NCBI GenBank assembly: GCA_036679495.1
Contig: JAZDDE010000418.1
Location: 1 to 49,730, forward strand
Direction: 5' to 3'
Length of the DNA stretch: 49,730 bases
DNA from: Gemmatimonadota bacterium
GTDB lineage: Bacteria > Gemmatimonadota > Gemmatimonadetes > Palauibacterales > Palauibacteraceae
Both the position numbers and the translations under genes were made by a program. This document shows, piece by piece, positions 37,508 to 47,090 of this stretch; position 1 is the first letter of the stretch; every line of letters starts with the position of its first letter. A model generated the notes under the pieces. The model worked only from the letters and a program-made list of their open reading frames with translations. It did not search any database and was not told where the DNA came from.

Positions 37508-38365
37508 CTAGGAGCTGGCCGGAGCCATCTCCGCGAACTCTACGCTGACCGGACCTGGAAGTATGCCAGCCTCAGCCCCTTTCTCGAGGAAGAGCCTGAC
37601 CGCGGCTCGCCCGTCGTCACCATAGTCCAGAGTGCGCTGATTGACGTACATGCCGACGAACTCGTCCGCTATCTGGGGTGCCAGGCCGCGTGCGAATTGC
37701 ATCGCGTAGTTCATACCGGCCTCCCGATGCTCAAGCGAATACCGAATACTCTCGAACAGCAGTCTCGAGGCTTTGCGAATGACCTCATCGCCCAGGTCGC
37801 GTCTAATCACGTTGCCGCCGAGCGGTAGCGGCAGACCGGTCTCTTCATACCACCACTCTCCGAGGTCCAGCAGCATATGGAGTCCGCTGTCGCCGTACGT
37901 AAGCTGCCCCTCATGAATGATCAGGCCCACGTCGTATGTGCCGTCCGCCACGCCCTCCTGGATCTCATCGAACGGAACATCGACGGTTTGGATCTCGGGA
38001 GCCCACAGCTTGAGGCCCAGGTAGGCCGAGGTCAGCTTGCCCGGCACCGCGACTACGGACTTCTTAACCTCAGATGGATCGAGCGCGCTGCGGCTGACGA
38101 GGCGTGGCCCGTACCGCTCTCCCATGCTGGCTCCGTGCGGTAACAGCAGATATCGGTCAGTCAGATAGGCGTACGCATGGATTGAGACCGCGCTAACCTC
38201 GAGCTCGCCCCGCATGGCCCGCTCATTCAGGGATTGGATTCCCTGTAGCTCGTGAACAAACTGAAGGTCTCCCGTTTCGATGAGGCCCTCCGCCAGGGCG
38301 TAGAACATGAATGCGTCATCGGAATCCGGACTATGGGCCACGTGGATCGTACGCTGCGATTCCAT
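37508..38365 (-). CDS. mqnD: MqnA/MqnD family menaquinone biosynthesis protein (1,4-dihydroxy-6-naphthoate synthase-like)
   Basis: AHSPDSDDAFMFY, GASMGERYGP, IIHEGQLTY, DLGEWW..TGLPLPLG, MYVN. Confidence 0.85.
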   Translation of the reverse strand: MESQRTIHVAHSPDSDDAFMFYALAEGLIETGDLQFVHELQGIQSLNERAMRGELEVSAVSIHAYAYLTDRYLLLPHGASMGERYGPRLVSRSALDPSEVKKSVVAVPGKLTSAYLGLKLWAPEIQTVDVPFDEIQEGVADGTYDVGLIIHEGQLTYGDSGLHMLLDLGEWWYEETGLPLPLGGNVIRRDLGDEVIRKASRLLFESIRYSLEHREAGMNYAMQFARGLAPQIADEFVGMYVNQRTLDYGDDGRAAVRLFLEKGAEAGILPGPVSVEFAEMAPASS

Positions 38366-38368
38366 TTC

Positions 38369-39622
38369 TTACTCCTCTAGGGGCCGAAACAGCAGGCCGG
38401 AAGGAACTTTGGGTTCGAAATACGTGGTCTTTGGCGGCATCCGCCGCCCCGCTTCGGCCTCGGCCCAGACATCGTTCAGCGAAACGGGAGGCAGAATAAA
38501 TGCGGCTCCGCCCGCGACCCGGCCCGCCTCTCGTGCCGCGTCTTCGGCTAGTCTATGATACGAGAGAAGCGAGCGGCTGGCCGCCTCGTCGGCCGTCATC
38601 CCGAAGTGCGGCCGCAAGACGAGCCGGTCGAAAACGGCCGCGGAGATTCGGCGCGTTACCGTAGTCAGTTCTGCTCGCTCACACGCCTCTCTCGTGGCCT
38701 TGATTCTGATTGTTTCCTGTCCCGGAACAATCACGATCATTTCCTCCGCACCCGGAAGGAGATCGGTCTCACGCGGGCCGGAGTCGCTGATGGTTCCCAC
38801 CGCGAAGTCCGTTGCCAGGGTCTCGCTCCAGGCGTCCTGAGGCATGGCGTCCGGTTGAGACGCCAGCACCCGATGGGTCGGCAGAATGCGCAGGCCCGGG
38901 TCAGTCTCACCAACAACAAACGTCAGCAAGTAGCGAGACTTTACTAAATCACTAAGCAGTTCAGCGGCGGCGAGCGCTGTTTCGTAGCGATGGTGCCCAT
39001 CAGCGACCATCAGAGGCCGCGCCGATGCGGCTTCACACGCGGCATCCCGAAGATCCGGGTCGTCGATGCGCCAGAGTTCGTGGTGAACGCCGTCGTCCGT
39101 CCGCGCCACCAACACGGGCTCGCCGGCCGTGGCCTGGCCGAGCAGCCGCTGCAGGTTCCCTTCAGGGTCGCGCGCGATCAAGAACACCGGTGAGAGCTGA
39201 GTTCGGCACTCGAGCGTAAGAGCCAGCCGATCCTTCTTGGGCCCGGCGTGCGTCTCCTCGTGTGCGAGCACCTCACGATCGGAAAAGGGGGTCAGGCGGA
39301 GTTCAGCGAAAAGGCCCACTCGGCTGACGGGCTCATCTCCACTATTCCACCGAAACGTCTGACGGTAGGCGTACACCGCCTCAGGGTCTCGGCCCAGGAT
39401 CCCTTCCTGTGTCCACTCTCGAAGCAGGCGTGACGCATTCTGGTAGCGGACCTCACCATCCCCCTCGGGAAGAATGAGCCGAACAGCATTCCATGGACTC
39501 CGGTTGCGTAGTTGGGCCGCCTGTGCCTCATCAATCACATCGTAGGGCGGCGCCAGGAGCGCCTCTGGCGACCCTGCCGGATCTAGATATCTGAGGCCAA
39601 CGAGCGGACGAAGCTCGGGCAT
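38369..39622 (-). CDS. DUF1015 family protein
   Basis: APPYDVI, HEET, ADGHHRYETA, LPTHR, MPPKTTYFEPK..SGL. Confidence 0.88.
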   Translation of the reverse strand: MPELRPLVGLRYLDPAGSPEALLAPPYDVIDEAQAAQLRNRSPWNAVRLILPEGDGEVRYQNASRLLREWTQEGILGRDPEAVYAYRQTFRWNSGDEPVSRVGLFAELRLTPFSDREVLAHEETHAGPKKDRLALTLECRTQLSPVFLIARDPEGNLQRLLGQATAGEPVLVARTDDGVHHELWRIDDPDLRDAACEAASARPLMVADGHHRYETALAAAELLSDLVKSRYLLTFVVGETDPGLRILPTHRVLASQPDAMPQDAWSETLATDFAVGTISDSGPRETDLLPGAEEMIVIVPGQETIRIKATREACERAELTTVTRRISAAVFDRLVLRPHFGMTADEAASRSLLSYHRLAEDAAREAGRVAGGAAFILPPVSLNDVWAEAEAGRRMPPKTTYFEPKVPSGLLFRPLEE

Positions 39623-39723
39623 GAAGTCTCCGACATTTGGACAGTAGGAACATCGATTCTAGCTTGCGGGCAGGAACCTCGTTCGGGCCTCGGCTGCCGG
39701 CAAGTGGAGACAGGAAGGCGAAC

Positions 39724-40500
39724 ATGAACGTACCTGGTGGGCTGCTCATCGATCTGGACGGAACCGTCTACCTAGGCGAGGAATTGCTGCCGGGCACTCT
39801 CAAAGCGGTGTCGCGTCTGCGCGAGGAGCGCGTTCCGCACCTTTTCAGTACGAACACCAGCCGTAAGTCTCGTGCCGATGTTGTTCGTTCACTGGCGGCC
39901 ATGGGACTCGAAGTGAGCGTGGACGACGTGTACACGGCTCCGGTAGCCACCACGGAGTGGCTCGCCTCTGAGGGCCTGAAGCGCGTGCATCCGTTGTTGA
40001 GCCAGTCCACATGGGAGGATTTCGAAGACTTTGAAATCACCGATCAATCGCCAGACGCCGTTGTGGTCGGCGACATGGGACCAGGCTTCACCTTCGAGGT
40101 GCTCAACGGCGCCTTCGCGAGCCTGAGAGGAGGGGCCCGTCTCGTTGCCGTTCACAAGAACCGCTTTTGGCTCCCCGAACAGGGACCGACGCTCGACGCC
40201 GGCCCGTTCGTCGCTGCACTTGAATTCGCCGCGGAAACACGGGCCGTTCTTACGGGCAAGCCGTCGCCTGCCTTCTTCCACGCAGCCGCGCGGCGTCTGA
40301 ACATCCGGCCGGATGAGCTGGCGGTAGTGGGCGACGATCTCACGAGCGACATTCTGGGTGGAAACGGGGTCGGCATGACCACCATCCTGGTTCGAACAGG
40401 AAAGTTCGACGTTGCCCAACTCGACAGAGCGGACACCGAGTCGCAGCCCGACCGCGTGGCTGCAAACCTGGAGGAGGCCGTCCAGCTACTCTGGGGCTGA
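39724..40500 (+). CDS. HAD-superfamily subfamily IIA hydrolase (LHPP-like)
   Basis: DLDGT, TN, GKPS, VGDDLTSDI.G, VRTGK. Confidence 0.88.
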   Translation: MNVPGGLLIDLDGTVYLGEELLPGTLKAVSRLREERVPHLFSTNTSRKSRADVVRSLAAMGLEVSVDDVYTAPVATTEWLASEGLKRVHPLLSQSTWEDFEDFEITDQSPDAVVVGDMGPGFTFEVLNGAFASLRGGARLVAVHKNRFWLPEQGPTLDAGPFVAALEFAAETRAVLTGKPSPAFFHAAARRLNIRPDELAVVGDDLTSDILGGNGVGMTTILVRTGKFDVAQLDRADTESQPDRVAANLEEAVQLLWG

Positions 40501-41844
40501 TTCCGCCGTTAGGGGCAGGCGCACTCTGGCGATGCAGCCAGGCCCATCAGTCCGGTTCGCGAGCGACAGGACACCTCCGTGCGCCTCAACGATCAGTCGG
40601 CTCAGCGCGAGGCCGATGCCGGACCCCTGTGGCTTGGTGGTATAGAAGGGCACGAAGAGATTGGCTGTTTCCGCCAGCCCGGGTCCGGTGTCCCTAACAT
40701 CCACTTCCACGCGGTGGGCATCCGATCGCCAGGACACCGAAACGGTTCCATCGGTGACCTCGGCTGCCTCCAAAGCGTTGTCCAGCAGGTTGATCAGCAG
40801 CTGATCCAGTTGGTCCACGTCAGCGTCGATCGTCACGGCCGGGCCGTCCTCCACCATAACGGGTCTCCGCGTTTCCAGGCCGGCTACTCGCCGCACCCAG
40901 GCCTCAACATCGACCTCAGCCAGCACCGGTCTCGGCAGTCTCGCGAGCCGCGCGTACGCTGACATAAACCGGCCGAGAGATGCCGAGCGGCCGGAGATGA
41001 CTTTCAACCCCTCCTGGAGGTCTTCCCGCAGAGGCGCGTCAGCCGGCAGCCGATCCAGCAGGCCGTCCAGACTGTCCGCGATCGACTTGATCGGCGTCAG
41101 CGAATTGTTGATCTCATGGCTGAGCACGCGAATGAGTCTCTGCCAGGCGATACGCTCTTCTTCACGAAGGATCTTGCTCAGATCCGCCAGTACGACCAGC
41201 CGATGGCGCCGTCCGTTCTGCCGAAATGAGCGGCGACGAAGTTCGTACCGGCGCAGGCCCTCGGCGAACGCGAGCTCCATGATTCGAGGTGTATCGCCCA
41301 CGAGACAGTCAGCCAGCCGGAGATCCTCCGCCCGTTGGCCCTCCAGGTCGAGTTTGGCCTGCCCCAGTACCCGCTCGCCGGCCGGGTTGACCAGGATGAG
41401 CTGATCGTGATCGTCGAACGCGAAGAGGGCGACGTCGATTACGGTCAACAGCCGCTCAAGGAGATTCTCCGCCTCCAGCGCTCCCAGGCGCTGGTCATGA
41501 AACGACTGCCCCAGCGCGTTGACTTCAGTGAGGATCAGGCCGAGCGCGTCGTCAGACCGGGCGCCTCTCGTTCGAAGAGAATAATCGCCTTCCCGCAGCG
41601 CTGAGAGCAGATTTGAGACAGCGTGAAGGGGCCGGACGAGCCGGTCGCGGAGGGCGGCCAACAGGCCGACCCAGGTTCCAAGGATGACCACGGTGAGTGT
41701 GGTTTGAATGCGGCCTGCCAACTCGCCGTTCCAAATGAGAACCAGGGCCACAAGGACGGCCGGAAGTCCAGACAGCAGGGCGAGAAGCGGAATGTGCCGC
41801 TGGAAGGAAAGGCGCCCGCCTTTCCATTCCAACCGGTTGGTCAC
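40486..41844 (-). CDS. Sensor histidine kinase (two TM, HAMP, PAS)
   Basis: HEINNSL H-box, NLLDNA, DTGPG, FVPFYTTK, GSGIGL. Confidence 0.93.
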   Translation of the reverse strand: MTNRLEWKGGRLSFQRHIPLLALLSGLPAVLVALVLIWNGELAGRIQTTLTVVILGTWVGLLAALRDRLVRPLHAVSNLLSALREGDYSLRTRGARSDDALGLILTEVNALGQSFHDQRLGALEAENLLERLLTVIDVALFAFDDHDQLILVNPAGERVLGQAKLDLEGQRAEDLRLADCLVGDTPRIMELAFAEGLRRYELRRRSFRQNGRRHRLVVLADLSKILREEERIAWQRLIRVLSHEINNSLTPIKSIADSLDGLLDRLPADAPLREDLQEGLKVISGRSASLGRFMSAYARLARLPRPVLAEVDVEAWVRRVAGLETRRPVMVEDGPAVTIDADVDQLDQLLINLLDNALEAAEVTDGTVSVSWRSDAHRVEVDVRDTGPGLAETANLFVPFYTTKPQGSGIGLALSRLIVEAHGGVLSLANRTDGPGCIARVRLPLTAESAPE

Positions 41845-43208
41845 ACGTGCAGGCCGTGCCGTTTGAGCCTCCGGTACAGAGCGCTGCGGCTCAGCCCTAG
41901 ATCCCGAGCCGCCCGGCTGACGTTACCTCGATTTCTGGATAGCGCTTTCCGAATCAACACACGCTCGGCTTCGTTCAGTGGAAGGCCCTCGAGGCGCAGC
42001 GCTCCGTCTTGGGTCGTTCGGAGCCCGAGATGGTGAGCGTCCACTCGATCGGTTTCCGTCATCAGGACAGATCGCTCAACCGCGTGCTGCAATTCCCTGA
42101 TGTTCCCAGGCCATGGATACCTGAGTATCGCGTCCATGGCGCCCGGTGAAAAGGAAACGTCGGGCCGCCCGTATTTCTCCCCCCGCTGTCGGAGGAAGTG
42201 CGCGGCCAGAAGCGGAATGTCCTCCCGGCGCTCTCGCAGAGACGGAAGATCGATTTCAACAGCGTTCAGCCGATAGTACAGGTCTTCCCGGAATCGACCC
42301 TCCGCGACCGCGGCGTCGAGACGTGTGTTCGTGGCGGTCAGGAGGCGAACATCAACGTGTTGGGTTCGTGACGAGCCCACTCTTTGCAGTTCGCCGGACT
42401 CGATTACGCGCAGAAGCTTGGCCTGCTGTGCGAGAGGAACGTTCCCGATTTCGTCCAAGAACAGGGTTCCACGATCCGCCAGTTCAAAGAAACCCACGCG
42501 GTCAGTACGCGCATCCGTGAAGGCGCCCCTCACATGCCCGAACATTTCGCTCTCGAACAGACCCTCCGAGAGTCCGCCCGTATTGACCGTGACCAGGGCG
42601 CGGCCTTTCCGGTTCGAGCGATGGTGCAGCCAGCGGGCCACGACCTCTTTTCCGGTTCCCGGTTCGCCGGAAATGAGGACGTTGGCGTCCGAAGGGGCCA
42701 CGCGTTCGATGAGTCGGAGCACAGGCTGCATGCTCTTGGCTTCCGCTACCATGGTGGGGACCCCGCTCTCGCGAAGGAACTCGTTCTCAGCCTCCAGGAA
42801 CTTGGCCTTCCGCAGCGCGGTGCCCAGTTCCAGCTGAGAACGGATCGTGGCCAACAGCCGGCCGTTGTCCCATGGCTTCTCGACATAGTCGCGCGCCCCG
42901 TTCCGCATTGCCTCGACCGCGCCTTCTACACTTCCCCACGCTGTCATCACGATAATCGGCAGCGTTCCGTCCACATCCCGAATGCGCTCGACCAGATCGA
43001 GGCCCTCGCGTCCCGACGTGGTATCCCGGGTGTAGTTGAGGTCGAGCAGAACCAGATCGAAATCGCTCGTCTGGAGCGAATCGAGCACCGCGGAGGGAGA
43101 TGACACACACTCGACTCTGAAGCCCTCGCTCTTGAGCAGAAGACGCAATGCTGCCAGAACGTCCGCCTGGTCATCCGCGACCAAAATATCGACTGCCGAC
43201 TCGCTCAT
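41841..43208 (-). CDS. sigma54-dependent response regulator (receiver-AAA+-Fis HTH)
   Basis: Receiver DD/D/K, GEPGTGKE, ESEMFGH..GAFTDA, FLDEIG, WPGNIREL, LGLSRSALYRRL. Confidence 0.95.
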   Translation of the reverse strand: MSESAVDILVADDQADVLAALRLLLKSEGFRVECVSSPSAVLDSLQTSDFDLVLLDLNYTRDTTSGREGLDLVERIRDVDGTLPIIVMTAWGSVEGAVEAMRNGARDYVEKPWDNGRLLATIRSQLELGTALRKAKFLEAENEFLRESGVPTMVAEAKSMQPVLRLIERVAPSDANVLISGEPGTGKEVVARWLHHRSNRKGRALVTVNTGGLSEGLFESEMFGHVRGAFTDARTDRVGFFELADRGTLFLDEIGNVPLAQQAKLLRVIESGELQRVGSSRTQHVDVRLLTATNTRLDAAVAEGRFREDLYYRLNAVEIDLPSLRERREDIPLLAAHFLRQRGEKYGRPDVSFSPGAMDAILRYPWPGNIRELQHAVERSVLMTETDRVDAHHLGLRTTQDGALRLEGLPLNEAERVLIRKALSRNRGNVSRAARDLGLSRSALYRRLKRHGLHV

Positions 43209-43235
43209 CGAACCGCCGCGCTCACAGGCAAGTCG

Positions 43236-43940
43236 TTAAGCGGGAGCAAGGACTTCCTCTTCTTCCACTACTTGGCCGTCAAACAAACGTATCGTGCGCT
43301 CGGCGTACGCCGAATAACGCGGATCGTGGGTTACCATGAGAATCGTTGAGCCGCTCTCATGCAGATTCTGGAGCAGGTCCATGACAGCGTTGCCATTGGT
43401 CGAATCCAGGTTACCGGTCGGCTCGTCGGCGAGCAGAATCAGCGGATCGCCGGCTACGGCCCGGGCGGCGGCCACTCTCTGCTGCTGTCCGCCCGACAGC
43501 TGCGACGGAAAGTGATCGATCCGGTGCGACATGCCGACCTTCTCCAGCGCACTCTGCACTTTCTGTTTTCTCTCGGCAGCCGCCATACCGCGGTACGTCA
43601 GAGGCAGCTCGACGTTCTCCTCCACGGTCAGGTCGCCGATGAGGTTGAACGCCTGGAAGATAAACCCAATGTGCTGGTTGCGGACTTTGGCCCGTTCCGA
43701 GGCCGTCAGGTCCGCTACCGGCTCGCCGTCCAGCCAGTAGTCTCCGGCGGTTGGCGTGTCGAGCAAGCCCAGAATAGACAGAAGAGTTGATTTTCCGCAG
43801 CCCGAGGGACCCACCACCTCTACAAACTCACCGTCCTCCACTTCCATGTGGATATCAGACAGAGCGTGCGTCTCCAATTCCTCCGTCGTGAATACTTTCT
43901 GGATTCCTTCCAGACGAATCAGCGGCATCTTTTCACTCAT
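43236..43940 (-). CDS. ABC transporter ATP-binding protein (MacB/LolD type)
   Basis: GPSGCGKST, FQAFNLI, LSGGQQQR, DEPTGNLD, VTHD. Confidence 0.93.
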   Translation of the reverse strand: MSEKMPLIRLEGIQKVFTTEELETHALSDIHMEVEDGEFVEVVGPSGCGKSTLLSILGLLDTPTAGDYWLDGEPVADLTASERAKVRNQHIGFIFQAFNLIGDLTVEENVELPLTYRGMAAAERKQKVQSALEKVGMSHRIDHFPSQLSGGQQQRVAAARAVAGDPLILLADEPTGNLDSTNGNAVMDLLQNLHESGSTILMVTHDPRYSAYAERTIRLFDGQVVEEEEVLAPA

Positions 43941-43987
43941 TTTCGAACCCCTCCATGTTGTAATGCAATCGGTCCGATCGAACGATG

Positions 43988-45322
43988 CTAACGCAGTCGC
44001 ACACGATCGGAGTCGTCGTATCGGGACATATCCGAGAGGATGATCTCGTCCCCCTCACCCAACCCGTCCAGAATCTCTATGTGGTTCACGGAGCTGCGGC
44101 CGAGACTTACGGTTGTCCGCTCTGCCGCAGAACCATCAACGAGAAATACGGTCACAGTGCTATTACTCTGTCCGAAGGCCGGCCGGCCAACGAACAGTAC
44201 GTCTTCCAGTCGCTCCAGCTCCACGGTTCCGTCCACGCTTAGATCGGGTCGTGCGCCCGCCGGCAATTCACCCTCCAGCGTCACCTCGATCAGCACCGAA
44301 CCGTTCTGCACGTTCGGGTCTACTCGACGCACCCGCCCTGCAATCGTGTCCGTCCTCATATCGATCACGGCTGGCAGCCCAACCCGGACATCGCGGGCCT
44401 GCGTCTGCGGGATACGAAGTTCGGCCTTGAGACGGTCCGCCTGCGCCACTCGGGCCAGAGTCGTCCCGGACTGCACCCACTGCCCGGTCTCTAGCGAGAA
44501 GTCCTGAAGGACACCGGCCGCCCCGGCGCGGACCTGCATGGAAGCGGCTCGTGCTCGCCGGAAGTCTAGGATGGACCGAAGCCGGGCTACCTGATCCCGC
44601 TGCACGGCGAGTTGCTGAATCGTCGTGCGGCCCAGTAGCTCGAGTTGCTGCTCGGACGTCCGAAGCTGCGTCGCCAGCGCTTCAGTATTTTCCAGCGCCG
44701 TTGCGTACTCGTCACGCGACACTCCCTGGCTCTCCACGAGCCTGGCGAAAGCATCGGACTGGCGTTTCGCTTCCAGGTACTGAGCCCGGCTTGTGGCCAC
44801 AGAGGCTTCCTGTGAGAGCTCCTGCGTACCCAAACTCTGCTGCAAGGACACCAGCGTTGCCTTGGCCGCCGTCCACTGCTGCTCGGCCTGCAAGACATTC
44901 AGTTCTTCGTCCGGATTCGTAAGGATGAGGATGATATCGTCTGCGGCGACCGTCTCACCGGGTTCGAAGTGAACAGACTCGACGCGTCCAGCGGTTACGG
45001 CAGCCACGAACTGCACCTTCTCCGGAACGAGTGTCCCCGATCCGCGCACGGCGCGAACCATGTTCCCGCGCTCCACCCGGCCCAGGACCACCGTGTTCCT
45101 GTCGACAGATGGCGCCGCCGGCTCCAGCCCAGCCAAAAAGACGGTAATCAAAACCACCGCAACCACCCCGGCCGCGATCAAGATGTTGCGAGGCCTCCTG
45201 CTCTTTGGCTCCCGCCGCATGTCCATGCCGGACGGGCCCCGCAGGCTCTCGGCTACTCCCATCCGCTCACCTGGGGGTCGCGCGCTCGGCTCGCCGTTCG
45301 TTTTCTGGTTTGGTTCAGACAT
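43988..45322 (-). CDS. Efflux membrane-fusion (periplasmic adaptor) protein
   Basis: Single TM, lipoyl-like halves (AVTAGRVE / VRAGAAGVL), long coiled coil, ARPDLSVDG, GLGEGDEII. Start is ATG 45322 or 45352. Confidence 0.9.
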   Translation of the reverse strand: MSEPNQKTNGEPSARPPGERMGVAESLRGPSGMDMRREPKSRRPRNILIAAGVVAVVLITVFLAGLEPAAPSVDRNTVVLGRVERGNMVRAVRGSGTLVPEKVQFVAAVTAGRVESVHFEPGETVAADDIILILTNPDEELNVLQAEQQWTAAKATLVSLQQSLGTQELSQEASVATSRAQYLEAKRQSDAFARLVESQGVSRDEYATALENTEALATQLRTSEQQLELLGRTTIQQLAVQRDQVARLRSILDFRRARAASMQVRAGAAGVLQDFSLETGQWVQSGTTLARVAQADRLKAELRIPQTQARDVRVGLPAVIDMRTDTIAGRVRRVDPNVQNGSVLIEVTLEGELPAGARPDLSVDGTVELERLEDVLFVGRPAFGQSNSTVTVFLVDGSAAERTTVSLGRSSVNHIEILDGLGEGDEIILSDMSRYDDSDRVRLR

Positions 45323-45442
45323 CCGTGTCTGGTTCTCTTCTATGGATATCACGCCCGGCGCGGCCTTCCCGGATCCGCCGCGAGTGTCCGTACGTGAAGA
45401 TGAACGATCAGGTTTCCGCCAAACTAACGAGACACACAGAAC

Positions 45443-45457
45443 GCAACGGGCGTGCCG
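45443..45457 (-). promoter_or_regulatory. sigma54 (-24/-12) promoter for the MFP-ABC-RR-HK operon
   Basis: Minus strand CGGCACG-CCCG-TTGC, with exact GG-N10-GC spacing versus TGGCACG-N4-TTGC. Confidence 0.75.
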
Positions 45458-45532
45458 CGGGTCGATTGATCAGAAAACCGCATGTTTATGGGCATGAGCG
45501 TAGCGAGTATCCTCGTTCGCGTGCAGTTCCGT

Positions 45533-45568
45533 TGTCCAATATCGCACATACTGTAACGAAAGCGAACA
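45533..45568. promoter_or_regulatory. Tandem candidate enhancer (UAS) sites
   Basis: TGT-N10-ACA (45533-45548) and TGT-N11-ACA (45552-45568), about 75-110 bp upstream of the -24 element. Confidence 0.5.
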
Positions 45569-45608
45569 ACGAAGCCTGCTAAACCGCAGATCGAAGGGTG
45601 AGCGGAGG

Positions 45609-47075
45609 CTAGACGCCCTCGTCCGGGAAGTTCTCTAGGACGTCCTGAACCTTGTTGAGGAAGAACGCCGCCATCGCCCCGTCCACGACCCGGTGGTCGT
45701 AGCTCAGGCCGAAGTACGACATGTGCCGGATTCCGATCACATCGTTGCCCATCGTGTCCTGCACGACGACCGGCCGCTTCTCGATCACGCCCGTTCCCAG
45801 GATGGCGACCTGCGGCTGGTTCACGATTGGCGTGCCGAACAGGTTCCCGAACACACCGACGTTGGTGATCGTGAACGTGCCGCCCTGGATGTCGTCGAAG
45901 TCCAGAGACTTGGTGCGCGCCTTCTCCGCGAGCTCGTTCGCGCCGCTGGCCAGTCCCATCAGCGAGAGTTGGTCGGCGTTCTTGAGCACCGGAACGATGA
46001 GTTCCTGGCCATCGTTGATGGACACGGCAATGCCCAGGTTGATGCTGCCGCGGTACACGATTTGAGTGCCGCTGACGGTCGAATTCAGGATGGGATAAGC
46101 AAGCAGACCTTCAGTCACGGCCTTCATGATGAACGGACCGTAGGTCAGCTTTACGCCTTTGTCGGCGTACTTCCCCTTCAGCTTGCGCCGGAGCTGGACT
46201 ACACGCTCAAAGTCGATCTCGGTCACCGACGTGACATGAGCTGAAATCCGCTTCGACAGAAGCATGTGCTCCATCGTGCGGAGCCGGACGCGGTTCATTT
46301 CCTCGACCCGGTCTCCCTCACGAATCGTCACTCCGGGGATCTTGATATCGAGCGTGGCACCATGAATCGGAACCCGCATCACGCCGGGTTCGCCCGTGGA
46401 TGGCGCGGCAACCGCCATTCCCGGAACCGGGGCCGGTGCGCTTGGCGTAGCTGCGGGTGCCTCCTCCGCGGCGCCTGCCGGACGGCTCTCCAGGTACGCG
46501 AGCAAGTCGTCCCGTGTCACACGGCCCGCGATGCCCGTCCCCGTGATCTGGCTGATCTTCACCCCGTGCTCTTCGGCGAGCTTTCGAACGAGAGGCGTCG
46601 ATTTTGTGCGCAGGCGCTCTTCACGCGTCATCGGCCCGTCGCCGTCTCCGGCCTCGGGTTCCGCCTCAGGCTCGGCAGGTTCGGCCTCCGCGGCGGCAGC
46701 CACTGGCTCAGGTGTAGGCTCTTCGACCGCGGGCGCGGGAGCTGCTGCCGGCGCTTTCGGCTGTTCGGCAACGGCGGGTGCCGCCTCTGCCGCTTCTGCC
46801 ACCTCTGGCGCCTCTGCTTCGCCGCCGACCTCGCCGGAGGTCTCGATCCGCGCCACGACCGAATTTACCTCGACCGTGTCCCCTTCCTGGACCAGGACCT
46901 CCGCGAGTGTGCCTGTGGCGGGAGACGGGATGTCCGCATCGACTTTGTCTGTCGAAATCTCAAACAAATCTTCATCGCGTTCTACGGCGTCGCCCACGCT
47001 CTTCAGCCATCTGGTGAGAGTCCCCTCTGCGATCGACTCCCCCATCTGCGGCATGATCACGTCTACCTTCGACAT
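45609..47075 (-). CDS. 2-oxoacid dehydrogenase E2 (dihydrolipoamide acyltransferase)
   Basis: Lipoyl domain EISTDKV, Ala/Pro/Glu linker, PSBD TPLVRKLA...GRVTRDD, catalytic DHRVVDG. Confidence 0.95.
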   Translation of the reverse strand: MSKVDVIMPQMGESIAEGTLTRWLKSVGDAVERDEDLFEISTDKVDADIPSPATGTLAEVLVQEGDTVEVNSVVARIETSGEVGGEAEAPEVAEAAEAAPAVAEQPKAPAAAPAPAVEEPTPEPVAAAAEAEPAEPEAEPEAGDGDGPMTREERLRTKSTPLVRKLAEEHGVKISQITGTGIAGRVTRDDLLAYLESRPAGAAEEAPAATPSAPAPVPGMAVAAPSTGEPGVMRVPIHGATLDIKIPGVTIREGDRVEEMNRVRLRTMEHMLLSKRISAHVTSVTEIDFERVVQLRRKLKGKYADKGVKLTYGPFIMKAVTEGLLAYPILNSTVSGTQIVYRGSINLGIAVSINDGQELIVPVLKNADQLSLMGLASGANELAEKARTKSLDFDDIQGGTFTITNVGVFGNLFGTPIVNQPQVAILGTGVIEKRPVVVQDTMGNDVIGIRHMSYFGLSYDHRVVDGAMAAFFLNKVQDVLENFPDEGV

Positions 47076-47090
47076 CTCACTACTCTCTTT

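Noticed and set aside
46380-46840. Ala/Pro/Glu low-complexity repeats in E2
   Set aside because: Normal flexible linkers of dihydrolipoamide acyltransferases.
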